The notes: generated by a model from the sequence alone, not told the origin. DNA of 64,000 nucleotides from Abditibacterium sp. (GCA_965199495.1 CBDASK010000003.1:4224001-4288000); one strand, 5' to 3'; positions 36,862 through 47,295 are shown, counted from the stretch's first letter. Numbers and translations are program-made.

Positions 36862-37821
36862 TCACAGGAGCACCTCGTCCTTGGCCTGTGTCGTTGGCGT
36901 GGGCTTCGACACCACCAGCAAGCGCGCGCGGTTATCCACGTCCAACTTCAAGCCCGAAAACGCCACCAGTTCTCGCACCGGCGCGTAACCCTGATTCTGG
37001 CCTTTCAGGTTAATCAGCCGAATCGGCACCGCACGCAGTTGCCCGCTTGCATCGGGTAGCGCCAGTTTGCGACCCTGCACCCAGAGCGAGCTATCTTCGG
37101 GCATCCACTTCACTTGCTGCACGCCCTCTTTATCACGCGTCAGTCCCAGCATCTCGAACCACGGGCGCACCGGCACCCACGAAGTCCCATCAATGGCCGG
37201 ACAGTCCCACTCGCGCTCGCGCCCGCCCGCATTCACATGATAAACTGTGCCGAATTGATCGGCCACAGGCGCGGGCGCTTTGGGCGCGAGCGGCGGAAGC
37301 GGCGGTTTCGGGCCGTTCTTGTTCGACCAGAGCCAGAGCGCGCGAATGTAGGCGTCCTGCTCTGGCCCGGCGGTATAAAACTTTTCGAGTGCATGACCGA
37401 CTAACCCGGTGCGGTTGTTCAGAAAGTCGTGGGTTTGATCGTCAAGTTCGTCCTTCATGGGCAAACCGGCATAAACGCCGTGGATATGAAAGTTCGGTTT
37501 GCCGCTCGAATACCAAGGCCGATACCAGGCTGCAAAGCCCCACCACGCCAAATACGACAGCCAAGATTTGATCTGCGCGGTCGTCAGCCACAAAACCGAC
37601 AAGTCCACCGCTGCGCAGTAGGGCACGCGCGCGTTGCCAACCGACACGAAACCATCGCGCGCATGAAAACCGGCGCTCGCCTTGGCGTTGCCAATCGTTT
37701 GCGTCAGGCGCCCTTTCGGATGCTGTATCAGGTCAATGGCCGCGCCATCGGCGGAGAGCTTGAACGCGTTGAAGGCCGCGGGTGCCATGCCATAGGGCAA
37801 TTTGTTGGGATCGAAAGCCAT
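36862..37821 (-). CDS. Endolysin, zinc peptidase (M15-like) with C-terminal binding domain
   Basis: SAGFH...AAVDL...GFAAWYR...HIH zinc motif; Pro-rich linker; WVPVR/YAPVRE motifs. Confidence 0.75.
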   Translation of the reverse strand: MAFDPNKLPYGMAPAAFNAFKLSADGAAIDLIQHPKGRLTQTIGNAKASAGFHARDGFVSVGNARVPYCAAVDLSVLWLTTAQIKSWLSYLAWWGFAAWYRPWYSSGKPNFHIHGVYAGLPMKDELDDQTHDFLNNRTGLVGHALEKFYTAGPEQDAYIRALWLWSNKNGPKPPLPPLAPKAPAPVADQFGTVYHVNAGGREREWDCPAIDGTSWVPVRPWFEMLGLTRDKEGVQQVKWMPEDSSLWVQGRKLALPDASGQLRAVPIRLINLKGQNQGYAPVRELVAFSGLKLDVDNRARLLVVSKPTPTTQAKDEVLL

Positions 37822-37824
37822 AAA

Positions 37825-38406
37825 TTAAACACCTCCCGACAGCAAAGCCGCTGGCGAAGGCGCAACACCTTCGGGCGCGAGCGTGGGCGAACCTTCGCCC
37901 AGATCGAACAGCGGGCGCGGCGCGCTCGTTGGAGCGCCGATATTGAAATCGCGGATGTCCAGACCTGTTCGCCGTTGCAGTTCGTCCGCAGCCACGTTGA
38001 TGCCCGCCGTTTGTAGCGCGACTTGAGCGCCTTTGCTATCGCCAGCCAAAATCGCCGTCGCGACCGGCGTCAGTTGCGCTGCGGCTTCGCCCAAAGGCGT
38101 GGCTGCTGTTGCGATACCGGGCGTCAGTTGCGCATCAATTTTGGCCTTGGTCTTCATCAGCCCGCTCCAAAACGTCGTGCCGCCCGAACCGCCGACGACC
38201 AGCGTGAGCGCCGCACTACAAGCCGCGCGAAAGAACTCGGCGTCTTCGGGCGTCAACAGGCGGCGTGCGATCCAGAGCAGGGCGATCACGTAGAACGGCC
38301 CTAACAACGCCGAAATCAGAAAGATGCGCCCGTAGGACGTGTTGAGAGTGCCTTTGATGGCCTCGGTGATATTCTCGGTTTTAGTAGTATTCTCGGTTTT
38401 CGTCAT
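37825..38406 (-). CDS. Putative holin (two TM)
   Basis: Two N-terminal hydrophobic segments, directly upstream of the endolysin. Confidence 0.55.
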   Translation of the reverse strand: MTKTENTTKTENITEAIKGTLNTSYGRIFLISALLGPFYVIALLWIARRLLTPEDAEFFRAACSAALTLVVGGSGGTTFWSGLMKTKAKIDAQLTPGIATAATPLGEAAAQLTPVATAILAGDSKGAQVALQTAGINVAADELQRRTGLDIRDFNIGAPTSAPRPLFDLGEGSPTLAPEGVAPSPAALLSGGV

Positions 38407-38410
38407 TTGA

Positions 38411-38623
38411 TTATCTCGGACCTGGTGGCGGATTAGAATTGGTCGAAAGTCGCGGCACGCGAACCTTATCTTTGCAGCGCTCTTCGTGTTCTCGTAAGGC
38501 TAAACGCGCTATGCGATACCCACAATGCTGACAGGCTCGACAGCAGGCAATTCGATGCATGATTTTCCCTCGTGACGCATGGCAGGGGCAGTGACATTTT
38601 TCGGTGACGTAAAGATCGTTCAT
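38411..38623 (-). CDS. Small Cys/His-rich protein
   Basis: CHCPCH...CCRACQHC. Confidence 0.55.
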   Translation of the reverse strand: MNDLYVTEKCHCPCHASRGKIMHRIACCRACQHCGYRIARLALREHEERCKDKVRVPRLSTNSNPPPGPR

Positions 38624-38690
38624 GAAAAAAAATCAAACGGTTGCGCGCGTTTAGGTTCCTCGTGGGTTCCAACTCCGCCGCGCTCACGCA

Positions 38691-38984
38691 TTAAATCTGC
38701 GAAGGCGCATGGTAAGCGCGCTTCTCTTCTTCGGCAAAGCGCCAGTAACGGCCATGCGCGCCCGCATCACTCGCGTGGCTGACCGAGCCTTCGCGTAGTA
38801 TTTGGCGCCCGTAGGTATCGGTGCGCGATTCATCACTGCTGACAAAAGTCAGGTTCAGCATTGGGCACGAACCGCCTGCGGGCGCCCCCCAGACTGCCGT
38901 CACGAGCGCGGCATGATCGGTGCCGTGGGTATCGGCATAAATCACGGCATCGCCGACTTCGATTTGTTGATCTTCCATATTCAC
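38691..38984 (-). CDS. Hypothetical protein
   Basis: GGGAGG RBS; VGDAVIY...AALVTAVW. Confidence 0.65.
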   Translation of the reverse strand: MNMEDQQIEVGDAVIYADTHGTDHAALVTAVWGAPAGGSCPMLNLTFVSSDESRTDTYGRQILREGSVSHASDAGAHGRYWRFAEEEKRAYHAPSQI

Positions 38985-39025
38985 CTCCCTTGAAAATTTA
39001 CGCGTTTAACGTCCGCGCAGACCAG

Positions 39026-39096
39026 CACCGGAGGCCAGAATCGAACTGACATCAATGGCTTTGGAGGCCAACGCTCTCCCTTTGAACTACCCCGGC
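39026..39096 (-). tRNA. tRNA-Trp (CCA), 3' CCA not encoded
   Basis: Acceptor GCCGGGG/CTCCGGT, TAGTTCAA-GG D arm, anticodon loop CTCCAAA, T arm GTCAG-TTCGATT-CTGGC. Confidence 0.8.
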
Positions 39097-39107
39097 TCTT
39101 CGCATGA

Positions 39108-39416
39108 TCAATACCGGCTTTTGACCACGCCCAATTTCTCCAGATCGGAGCGGTCGAGCAGATAGCTCTCGCTCTTGTCTATGTGGTCTCCGATGAAATC
39201 CATCTCCATCGCGGCATTTTGATGGACTTGCTGCCGGTCTTTGAACGCCTTTTTGGGATCGCCGCCGGTGTATTCCATGCCCTCGATGTCGTTGGCTTCC
39301 GCCGAAGCGATTTGTTGCTCGTAAACCTGCACGCGCGCGCGATGGTGATCCGCCTGTTTCTGGCAAAGTTGGCACAGTTCTTCGCCGCCGATGGTGACTT
39401 TGAGTCCTAGAATCAT
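39108..39416 (-). CDS. Hypothetical protein
   Basis: ORF with phage-like codon usage. Confidence 0.6.
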   Translation of the reverse strand: MILGLKVTIGGEELCQLCQKQADHHRARVQVYEQQIASAEANDIEGMEYTGGDPKKAFKDRQQVHQNAAMEMDFIGDHIDKSESYLLDRSDLEKLGVVKSRY

Positions 39417-39471
39417 GATGTTTTTCTCTCGACTTGCTTAATTCATTATACCGCGTCAATTAGTTACGTAA

Positions 39472-39777
39472 CTATTTTTCCACTTTCGACTTACTGCTCT
39501 TCGACGCCTTTTTTGTTGGCTTTTCTTCTACCATAGGAGACGGCGCCTCCTCAATGACGATCTCGAACGCTGTCGCTGCTTCGATTACGGCACGCGCTTC
39601 CAAAGCCGCTTCGCTCAACTTCTCCGCCATGAAGGCGGCGCTCCCCGCGTCCATCGCACCCGTCAGCAGAATCGTTTCGATCTGCGCGTAAACGTTATCG
39701 TCGGGCGCCGTGCCCGCCAGATGATAGCCGCGCGCTTGCAGCGCCGTCAACGGGACGAGAATAGGGGTGGAATCCAT
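39472..39777 (-). CDS. Hypothetical protein
   Basis: ORF with an AAGG RBS. Confidence 0.55.
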   Translation of the reverse strand: MDSTPILVPLTALQARGYHLAGTAPDDNVYAQIETILLTGAMDAGSAAFMAEKLSEAALEARAVIEAATAFEIVIEEAPSPMVEEKPTKKASKSSKSKVEK

Positions 39778-39835
39778 GCCCTTGGTTTACTAAATAGTAA
39801 AGTAACGAGTCGGGGCATCCATAAACTTTCGCGGC

Positions 39836-40024
39836 GTGAGCAAACGCACCAATGACATCAAACAGGATCGCAGACGTCGGGAAAGACACTGTAAAATTTG
39901 CGACCACGATTGGCTGAAACGTCGCAAGTCTGGCGAACCGAAAGTCTGTCCTAATTGCAAAAATACCAACTGGGATTTAGGGCGAACCAGAGCCGAGCCT
40001 AAACCCTACAAACCCAAAGAATAG
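39836..40024 (+). CDS. Small zinc-ribbon DNA-binding-like protein
   Basis: CKICDHDW...PKVCPNCKNTNW. Confidence 0.7.
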   Translation: MSKRTNDIKQDRRRRERHCKICDHDWLKRRKSGEPKVCPNCKNTNWDLGRTRAEPKPYKPKE

Positions 40025-40053
40025 GGCCGCTCGCGAAATGCGAGCGGCCCTAT
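40021..40053. terminator. Hairpin between convergent genes
   Basis: ATAGGGCCGCTCGC-GAAAT-GCGAGCGGCCCTAT. Confidence 0.75.
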
Positions 40054-40054
40054 T

Positions 40055-40792
40055 TCATTTCTGCATTTCGCCCAGCCAACTGTCGTAAACCCGCAGTATC
40101 TCGTCGCCGCTCTCCCATTCGATGAATTCCACCGCGAAAAAGGAGCGCCAGAGGCTCGCCGCCTGTTGCCACGACAGTTCGACGTGGCGATGTTGCGCCA
40201 GTAACTCCGCCATCTGCTCGCCCGCTTCTTGATCGCTCTCTTGCCAGTTGTAACCGCGAGACCGCCCCCAGCGCCGCTCGAACGCGAGTTGCGCCTCGGC
40301 TTTGTTCGCCCGCGCGCGCCACTCGCCCACCATGCGCGCGGGCGTCTTGCCCATGATCGGCTTGATGATGACTTCCATCGGCAACTGCCCGGCTTCTTTG
40401 AGTTCAAAGTGCATCTCATGCGCGAGGTAATTGGGCGCGCCGCTCAGTTCAAAATGGCGCGCAAACGCTGCAGCGAACGGCACGACGAACACGCTTTTCA
40501 ACTGCGCATCCATCGCGCCATTGCGGATGCTGAGAGCGATGTCACGCAGCGACCGCTCGTATTCTTCCTCGGTTCGCTTGAGCAGCAATCGTTCATTTTC
40601 GATGCTCAGCCATTCGACGAGCGCGATCAGCGATTTACAATCTTGTTGGTTTAGCGGAGTGGCGTTGGCGCTGATGCCGTATTGCGCAGCGCGCGCTTTG
40701 ATCGCCTCGAACTCTTCGGGCGTCATCGGCGCGGGCGTAGCCTCTGGGACGTTTTCGGTCTGCTCATTGGTGGATTTTCCTTGATTATTCAT
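40055..40792 (-). CDS. Hypothetical protein
   Basis: 245-aa coupled ORF. Confidence 0.65.
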   Translation of the reverse strand: MNNQGKSTNEQTENVPEATPAPMTPEEFEAIKARAAQYGISANATPLNQQDCKSLIALVEWLSIENERLLLKRTEEEYERSLRDIALSIRNGAMDAQLKSVFVVPFAAAFARHFELSGAPNYLAHEMHFELKEAGQLPMEVIIKPIMGKTPARMVGEWRARANKAEAQLAFERRWGRSRGYNWQESDQEAGEQMAELLAQHRHVELSWQQAASLWRSFFAVEFIEWESGDEILRVYDSWLGEMQK

Positions 40793-41561
40793 CGGTTTTG
40801 GTCGCCTCTGGCACTTTCAGGACGTTTTGGGTGCGCCAAGACTGGAGCCACGAGAGCGTAAGCAAATCGGCTGCGTAGGTTTTACCCTGCTCCAAAGTCA
40901 ATAGCCACGATCCACCCAAATAAAACTCTTCGTGTTCCTCCTCGGAAAATTCATCGAACACGCCGTCGCCCCAATCGCGCGATTCGTCGTTCAATTTACA
41001 CCCCAGTTTTGGCATCTCGAACATATATCCATGCTGCCAAAACTCGTATCTGTGGGAAGTCAGCGCGCGCTCCAATCCGTCGGCAAACTCGAAAACCGTT
41101 TCATCGCGGCGCGCAAAGAAGTCGAGGAAGGCGTGAAACGGTTTTTCAATATGGTCGAAGTCCGAGTGGGTGTCGCTGCCACAACCATCCCACCATCCGC
41201 CTTCACCATACCAAAAGATATGCTCGCACATATGCTCTTTGTGATGGGAAGTGTTGCAGACAGTGCAGAATTCGTAATCCTCTGAGCATCGATTACACAA
41301 GCCCGCGTGAATTTCCATTTCGCCATCCAAGACATCCGTCTCCTCACACTCGCGGCAACGCACGATGCCTTGCCGCCGCAAAGCGCGGTTGCCTTTTCCA
41401 CGATATTTGCTATCGCTCAAGCGTCTCACGTTGTCGCACACACGCCCCGCAGTGTTCCATCGGTGACGTTCGTCGTTGGTAATTTCGCGCCACGAGTGAA
41501 CGGCGCGCGCGCTTTGCAGCATTTCAAACCGATGCAGTAGCGTTATTGGTTTACGAAACAT
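40785..41561 (-). CDS. Cys-rich hypothetical protein
   Basis: Start MFRKPIT overlaps the upstream stop; multiple CxxC. Confidence 0.6.
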   Translation of the reverse strand: MFRKPITLLHRFEMLQSARAVHSWREITNDERHRWNTAGRVCDNVRRLSDSKYRGKGNRALRRQGIVRCRECEETDVLDGEMEIHAGLCNRCSEDYEFCTVCNTSHHKEHMCEHIFWYGEGGWWDGCGSDTHSDFDHIEKPFHAFLDFFARRDETVFEFADGLERALTSHRYEFWQHGYMFEMPKLGCKLNDESRDWGDGVFDEFSEEEHEEFYLGGSWLLTLEQGKTYAADLLTLSWLQSWRTQNVLKVPEATKTDE

Positions 41562-42604
41562 CAGACGCTCACCTCCGGGAACTGGCGAACGCGCAAATCT
41601 TCGGGCCATTCCGATTCGTCGCCGCCCTTTTTGTCGCGGAGATGGAACCGAATTAACGCGCCTTGGCTCGGTTGGCCGTGAAACTCTCTCCACTCGATCC
41701 CGTCCGCGTTCAAAACGGTGTGGCGCCCCGAAAACGCCCACTCGCGCAAAGCATCGTCTTCGCAGTAGTAATCCACCACGGGAAACGCGCCCATTTGCTT
41801 CATGAAAAACGGCACCCCCGCCGCTTCGCACTGCGTCATCAGTCCGCGCGCCCACTCGACAGCGAAAGGACGCGCGCCGGGGCCGCTCTCGCCACCGCAA
41901 ATGACCCACGAAATCGGCGACGGCGTCGACGTAATTGTTTGCCCTCCGATACCACGGCGCCCCGCGCTACTGCTGTAAACCTCGCCGTAGAGCGCTTCGT
42001 GAATGTTGAGCGCGCCCAGCATCGGCTCCACCGACAAAAACCGCACTTTCGCGGGCACCTTGCAAAGTTCATTAACACGATGAATAACGCGCTCGTCCTC
42101 GACCGATGTGCCGAGCCAGACGTTCGATGGTGGCAATCCGGCAAAGAGCCAACCCCGCCAATAACCGCCCGAAGTGGCTTGCTCGAACTTCTGCATTTTA
42201 TTCACAAAATGCAAAATGTTTTCAGGTCTTTTAGATAAAATCAGCCAGTCCAAATGAGGCGTCTGACGAATGAGATCGAATAAATCAATTCGCCATTCGT
42301 CGGGCGCTTCGGCGTCGAATACATCGGCCAGCGACGCGCAAAACACTTTGCGACGGATGCCCGATTTTTCGGCGGCCCGATTCCACGCGAGCGGCTTTTT
42401 CCAGTTCGCCTCACTGGTGCGCTGGCGCGGAACGCCTTTTTTGTAGCTTTCGCCGGTGAAGCGCTTAATCAATGCCGAGGCGTAGCAATTTTGACAACCC
42501 GCCGAGACCGGTGTGCATTGCGTCCACGGATTGAACGTGTAGCCGGGCAGCTTTGTGCCATCGGCGAGTATGGTCGCCGTCCATTCGATTGTTGTCTCAG
42601 CCAT
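41561..42604 (-). CDS. Phage Gp37/Gp68 (DUF5131) family protein
   Basis: TTIEWT, FNPW, CTPVSAGCQNCYA, SLADVFD, SKRPEN, SVEPMLG, WVICGGESG, FFMKQMG. Confidence 0.9.
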   Translation of the reverse strand: MAETTIEWTATILADGTKLPGYTFNPWTQCTPVSAGCQNCYASALIKRFTGESYKKGVPRQRTSEANWKKPLAWNRAAEKSGIRRKVFCASLADVFDAEAPDEWRIDLFDLIRQTPHLDWLILSKRPENILHFVNKMQKFEQATSGGYWRGWLFAGLPPSNVWLGTSVEDERVIHRVNELCKVPAKVRFLSVEPMLGALNIHEALYGEVYSSSAGRRGIGGQTITSTPSPISWVICGGESGPGARPFAVEWARGLMTQCEAAGVPFFMKQMGAFPVVDYYCEDDALREWAFSGRHTVLNADGIEWREFHGQPSQGALIRFHLRDKKGGDESEWPEDLRVRQFPEVSV

Positions 42605-43254
42605 GCTTTTGTTCCTTGCTCGTGAAGAGCGGTTAAGCCTCCGATTTGAAGGAGGTGAAAGAGCGTGAAATGCGCTCTTGGACGTAAAAGGTTTCTTCGC
42701 ACGAATCGCACTGATATTCCGTGCGCTCGTCTTGCGTTCCGATTATCGAAAACAATTCGGGTGATTCCCAAAGGTCGCCCTGTTCTTCACCACAGTAGGG
42801 GCAGAACAGGGCGGCGCATTGACCGCCCCTGCCAGTCAAGCCGTTTTTCGGCGTGTAATCTTCTTTGACCCGCTCGGCGGGCGTCATATCAAGGTGATTG
42901 ATGCTCATTTTGTTGGTTCTTTCTCCTTGCACATCGAGTGCATCTTCGCAAACCCGTCGCCTTTAGCCACCAGAAGTTTGATCGCTATCGGCATCGCGAT
43001 CTGGTAGCGTTCGCCGCAACGCTGGCAGCAAAGTTCGCCGGTTTTTAAGTCGAATTCGATCCAATCGGTTTTAGACATCGTTTTTCTCCTTATTTTCGTG
43101 TTCCAATTCTGCGTTGGCCGTGTCCCATCCCTCTCGTTTCTCGCGGATTCGCGGGCGCGCCAACCCACCCACGCGCGACCAGTAACCCACGTCGAACGGA
43201 TGATCTTTCACACTCACTCCGACCCTCGCGCTTAACACGCTCAAATTGATCGAC

Positions 43255-43626
43255 TTAGACATGCTTTCCTCCTTCTTCGGCAATTGTCGTCCAAGCGCCC
43301 ACGATCTCCGCGATCAACATCATCGCATCTCCCAGCGCGCCCGGCTTCGGGCGCGCTCCCTTGTAAGTCGTCATTTTGACCGTGATTAGGTTGGGCGCCA
43401 TCGTCGTCGAACTGGTGCTGAAAATCAGATGCAGCGTGTAGTCTCGCGAGCGATGCGGTTTAATCAGAACTTCGAGAAAATACCCGAACTTCGTGTCACC
43501 TGATCCGGGTGTTACCGTGACCTTGTGAATGTGTCGTTTGCGGTGGGTCAGATGGAGCGAATCCAGAAATGGCGCATAAGCCGCATCGTGAGATTGGCTC
43601 ATTTCGATAGGACATCTCTGTTGCAA
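43255..43626 (-). CDS. Hypothetical protein (one of several small ORFs in 42633-43850)
   Basis: Tightly packed minus-strand ORFs. Confidence 0.5.
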   Translation of the reverse strand: MQQRCPIEMSQSHDAAYAPFLDSLHLTHRKRHIHKVTVTPGSGDTKFGYFLEVLIKPHRSRDYTLHLIFSTSSTTMAPNLITVKMTTYKGARPKPGALGDAMMLIAEIVGAWTTIAEEGGKHV

Positions 43627-44037
43627 CTCTTCATTTCGCGCGCGTAATCCGCGTAATCGCGCCGCGCCAAATCGAACAGATTCGCCATCAAATCAGGGTT
43701 GCGCGAAAGCGCCCACACCACTTCGTTGAGTTGACGCAAGCTGAATTTCCCTTCGCCGATCATCGCCTCAATTTCGACGTGAATCTCCTCGGCGGATGGC
43801 TCTTCTGATACCTCGCCAGTGACGACTTTTTTCCATTCGGTTAAGTTCATCCGGCATCACTCCCTTTCTCTTCGCGCAAATGCGATAGTTTGCGAGCCAA
43901 TTTGCGCAATGCGTTTTGCTCAAGTTGAAAAACGCGACCGCGCGAAATGCCCAAAACTTGCGCCACCTCCTCCAGCGTCATCGCATAGTGCGAACGGGGA
44001 AGAAAATCTTTCATGATCAATCTCCTTTTTAATCAAC

Positions 44038-44057
44038 GTATATCAACATTGATACTC
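44038..44057. promoter_or_regulatory. Operator-like palindrome TATCAA-N2-TTGATA
   Basis: GTATATCAACATTGATACTC in an intergenic region; same motif at 58482-58505. Confidence 0.65.
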
Positions 44058-44355
44058 AGAGTTTAAGCGAAATGTCGATAGTTCGCAAGCATAAATCGTT
44101 ACGTAACGATTTATCGCCTACTTCGTTTTACCGAAGAAATGTGCCGTGACTTCGACCCGTTCGACGCGCAAACGATATTTGCGTTTGATGCTCGACCAAT
44201 ACATCACGTCGGAGAATTGGAACCCCCGCAACGCGTAGGCGATGACTTCGCGGCGCGTGCGGCGAATCGAGTGAATGTCAACGCGCCATGTCGGATCGTC
44301 GGGGCCGTTGCGCTCCAAAAGCGCCCAGCCCCAACTCGATTCAGCTTCAATTTTG

Positions 44356-45279
44356 TTATCGGGCATCAGCACGCACCCCCTCGCGGCGCGCGGCGCGCCA
44401 ATCCACGAATTTTTCCCACAGCAGAGCACAGCTCGCCCTGTCCCAGTCCTTGCGCGGATGATATGTGAGCCACCAACCGCCAAAGGCGCGCAGGTCGGCG
44501 ATCTGGGCGGGCGTGCAGGCATCGAGATCGACATCCGCGACGCGGGCGATGTCAGCAGCCACGGCGCCATAGTTGGCGACATCGGGGTCATCGCTCTTTT
44601 CGATTTGGCTCATGGATGTTCCACCTTCCAGTCCGGCGCGGATGCCCAGACGGCGTTTCAGTTCTTCGACATCGATGTCGAGCGCGGGCAGCGGTTCGGG
44701 CAGGGCATGCGCCGCTTCGTGCGCATTGCGCGCTTTGATTTCGTCCCAAGTCTCATAGGCGCTGCCGTTGGCGCACACGACGCGCTCAGTTTTGCCATCG
44801 GCGCCGGTTTGCCACTCTTCGCCGCGACAGGCCGCCAAAACGTCACGGGCGCCCGGTTTATACGAGTTGGGCTTGTTCTTGATCGCGGTTTGGGTGCCCG
44901 GCACGATGGAATCGATCGGCACTTCGTCCAGAATGAGCGACCAAGCGCGCGCCTCGGTCTCGCGCGACTCGTTGGTGGAAGTCACGCTGCACGCCGCGTC
45001 GCGCAGATAGACCGCCTCCTCGCACGCCAGCAGACGTTTGTCGTGTTCAATTTGGCGTCGCAAGGCCAGCGCCTGTGGGTTCTCCCTCGCCAGAGCGTTC
45101 GAGTTCGTCGAGCCTTCGTTCCTGCTCTTCGAGAGCGGCGCGCCGTTGCTGGAATTCGGCGAGCGATTCGGCGAGGTCACGTCCGCGCCGTTCGGCGGCA
45201 GATTCAAATTTCGGGGCAGTAATTCGCTGATTGGTTCCATCGGTGTTCTCCTGTGATTTCGGTTGGTTGTTGAAAGCAT
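44356..45279 (-). CDS. Replication-associated hypothetical protein
   Basis: Follows and overlaps the initiator gene. Confidence 0.55.
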   Translation of the reverse strand: MLSTTNRNHRRTPMEPISELLPRNLNLPPNGADVTSPNRSPNSSNGAPLSKSRNEGSTNSNALARENPQALALRRQIEHDKRLLACEEAVYLRDAACSVTSTNESRETEARAWSLILDEVPIDSIVPGTQTAIKNKPNSYKPGARDVLAACRGEEWQTGADGKTERVVCANGSAYETWDEIKARNAHEAAHALPEPLPALDIDVEELKRRLGIRAGLEGGTSMSQIEKSDDPDVANYGAVAADIARVADVDLDACTPAQIADLRAFGGWWLTYHPRKDWDRASCALLWEKFVDWRAARREGVRADAR

Positions 45280-46201
45280 CGCCGTTCATAAAACGATGCC
45301 AGTGCGCCGCGACTTGAGATAAATAAGGGTTGTTGCGTTGCCCGCCATCGCGCCACAACGTTTTGAACTGGCGAGCCGCTTCGACAAGATCACCGAGCGG
45401 AGCGCCCGGCCTCGTTTCGTCGAGCCAATCGCGCATCGTTTCCAAGGCTTCGGGCCAATGAGCAACATCACGCTCCTTGGGGTGCCTCACATACATGAAC
45501 TCTTTGGCCAACGCCAGCAGTTCCGGCGACTCGTAGGGATCGGGCTGCAACAGAGCAGAGGAAGAAGATTTCTCAAAACGGGGCGCGGGCCGAGTGGGCG
45601 TTTCCACGCCCACCGTCGCGTTTTCTCCCTCACTCACACACTCACTCAGTTCTTCGTTATTCAGTTCTTCGTTATTCAGTTCTTCATATATCGGGCGGTT
45701 TTCCAAATATGGACGAGCCATATTTGGCTGATCCACAGATGGTTTTTCCACTTGTGGTTTTTCCATCTGTGGAAAATCACCAGATGGACGTTTTTCTTCG
45801 TCATCGTCTGGCTCAGGTGGCGTTGTATCAGGGACATCTGACGCGGGCGACGATTGATCGTCGGCGCGCGGCACTTCGTAGATGGTTGTTTGCCACTCGA
45901 AGCGACCGCCTTTGCCAGCGTGCCGCTCGCGCTTGAGATAGCCATATTTTTTGAGTTCACGCAGCATTCCTCGCACGGCGTGTTCGCCCTGAGGACTCTG
46001 GCGAATCAAGTCTTCGACCCGCAACTGCCAGTCGTCGGGCTTGGACAGCAGATACGCCAGCACGCCGCGCGCACCAAACGAAAGGCGCACGTCGCGCAGT
46101 CCGGTGTTATTGATGATCGAGTAATCGCGGTTTTTGATGACGCGCACGATGCCACTGGCCTCGCCGTTTTGCTCGCCATCGGGCTTAGATTTTTTACTCA
46201 T
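45047..46201 (-). CDS. Phage replication initiator (N-terminal wHTH)
   Basis: RDYSIINN...RLSFGARGVLAYLLSKPDDW...ELKKYGYL; internal repeat-rich linker. Confidence 0.8.
   Translation of the reverse strand: MSKKSKPDGEQNGEASGIVRVIKNRDYSIINNTGLRDVRLSFGARGVLAYLLSKPDDWQLRVEDLIRQSPQGEHAVRGMLRELKKYGYLKRERHAGKGGRFEWQTTIYEVPRADDQSSPASDVPDTTPPEPDDDEEKRPSGDFPQMEKPQVEKPSVDQPNMARPYLENRPIYEELNNEELNNEELSECVSEGENATVGVETPTRPAPRFEKSSSSALLQPDPYESPELLALAKEFMYVRHPKERDVAHWPEALETMRDWLDETRPGAPLGDLVEAARQFKTLWRDGGQRNNPYLSQVAAHWHRFMNGDAFNNQPKSQENTDGTNQRITAPKFESAAERRGRDLAESLAEFQQRRAALEEQERRLDELERSGEGEPTGAGLATPN
45646..45790. repeat. Iteron-like repeats within the initiator gene (putative origin)
   Basis: TCAGTTCTTCGTTAT tandem 15-mers and GGTTTTTCCA repeated at 15-nt spacing. 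Confidence 0.6.
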
Positions 46202-46564
46202 CGTGATTCTCCTTGCCTGTTCGGTTTTGATGGGGATACTTTCCATGTGCATAGCGACACAACGCACCATCCTCCAGAATGTCCCGTCCGATTTTCAGCG
46301 CGCAACTCCAGCATAAATTGATGCGCGGCCCATCCTCTGAGCAATCGCCTAAGACGGCGGCCACTGATTCCATTTCGATCTGATCAATGGCGCCTTGCGG
46401 GTTGGTGTCAGGGCACAAGGCGCGCGCGTTGCGGGTAAGCATTGGCCCCTGAAAAGCCCATCTCACGAAAGGTTGCGCCGAGTTGAGTTCGCCACTGCAC
46501 CCATGACAAAATCGCGGCACTTCTTGCCCCATATCGGTGAATTCAAAGTCGGTTTCTGTTGTGA

Positions 46565-47017
46565 TCAATTTGAGGTCTCCTTTTGTTGTTCCCTGAGCCA
46601 CTTCACCTGTTGGCCGATACCGAGATGTTGAAGCGGCGCCTCCATCGCCATCGGCTGCCCAAAGCGCGCAGAGTAGGCATAGCCCAGCGCCATGCGATAA
46701 TCGAGGCCGCACAGCAAGACGAAGCGCGCCGCCCGCCATGTCGCGGGCAGTTGCGCCGCCATCTCGCGCGTCGAGATGCACGGCCCACGCTTCCACGTCG
46801 CGTCATAGGGCGCCAGCGTCGCGTCGAGCAAGACGAGGCCGTGCTTGGCGCTGAGAATGCGAATATCAGCCACGCTCACCTGCGCGAGCGCGTAATCCAA
46901 GCTCGCTTTGAAAAGCGGCCCGGCGTAGAGATCGCGCGCGCGGCTGGGCACGTCCAACTTTTTGGCGCCGCAACCCAGAACATAGATCGGGTTCAACTCA
47001 TCTCCTCCCGTTTGCAT
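46565..47017 (-). CDS. DUF6884-like protein
   Basis: GCGAKK...ARDLYAGPLF...ILSAKHGL...PYD...GIGQQ. Confidence 0.7.
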   Translation of the reverse strand: MQTGGDELNPIYVLGCGAKKLDVPSRARDLYAGPLFKASLDYALAQVSVADIRILSAKHGLVLLDATLAPYDATWKRGPCISTREMAAQLPATWRAARFVLLCGLDYRMALGYAYSARFGQPMAMEAPLQHLGIGQQVKWLREQQKETSN

Positions 47018-47295
47018 TCTGCTTCCTCATGTTCGTCGTAATCCTGCGCCATTTCTACTGTGAAGCACTCGGACATGAAATGATCGCCTTGCATCAAACA
47101 TTGTTCTCCGAAGCAACACCCAAATTCGGAGGAATCTTGTTCACCGTCGCCAAAATACTCAGCGAAACCTTCTTCGGCAACGCTCTGATCTTCTGCGCGG
47201 TCGCGCGAGTTGGATTCGTAACAATCCTCGCAGATATAGTAGGGAGAGATAGCCTCTTCACACTGAGAGCACTTTTTCCAGTCAATTGAACTCAT
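46993..47295 (-). CDS. Acidic Cys-rich hypothetical protein
   Basis: CxxC pairs; coupled ORF. Confidence 0.55.
   Translation of the reverse strand: MSSIDWKKCSQCEEAISPYYICEDCYESNSRDRAEDQSVAEEGFAEYFGDGEQDSSEFGCCFGEQCLMQGDHFMSECFTVEMAQDYDEHEEAECKREEMS

Noticed and set aside
39026..39096. tRNA-Trp as a prophage attachment site
   Set aside because: Phage genes continue on both sides, and no integrase or duplicated tRNA 3' end was seen
45646..45685. 15-nt tandem repeat as a possible CRISPR or DGR element
   Set aside because: No spacers; encodes NNEEL repeats in the initiator linker and fits an origin region
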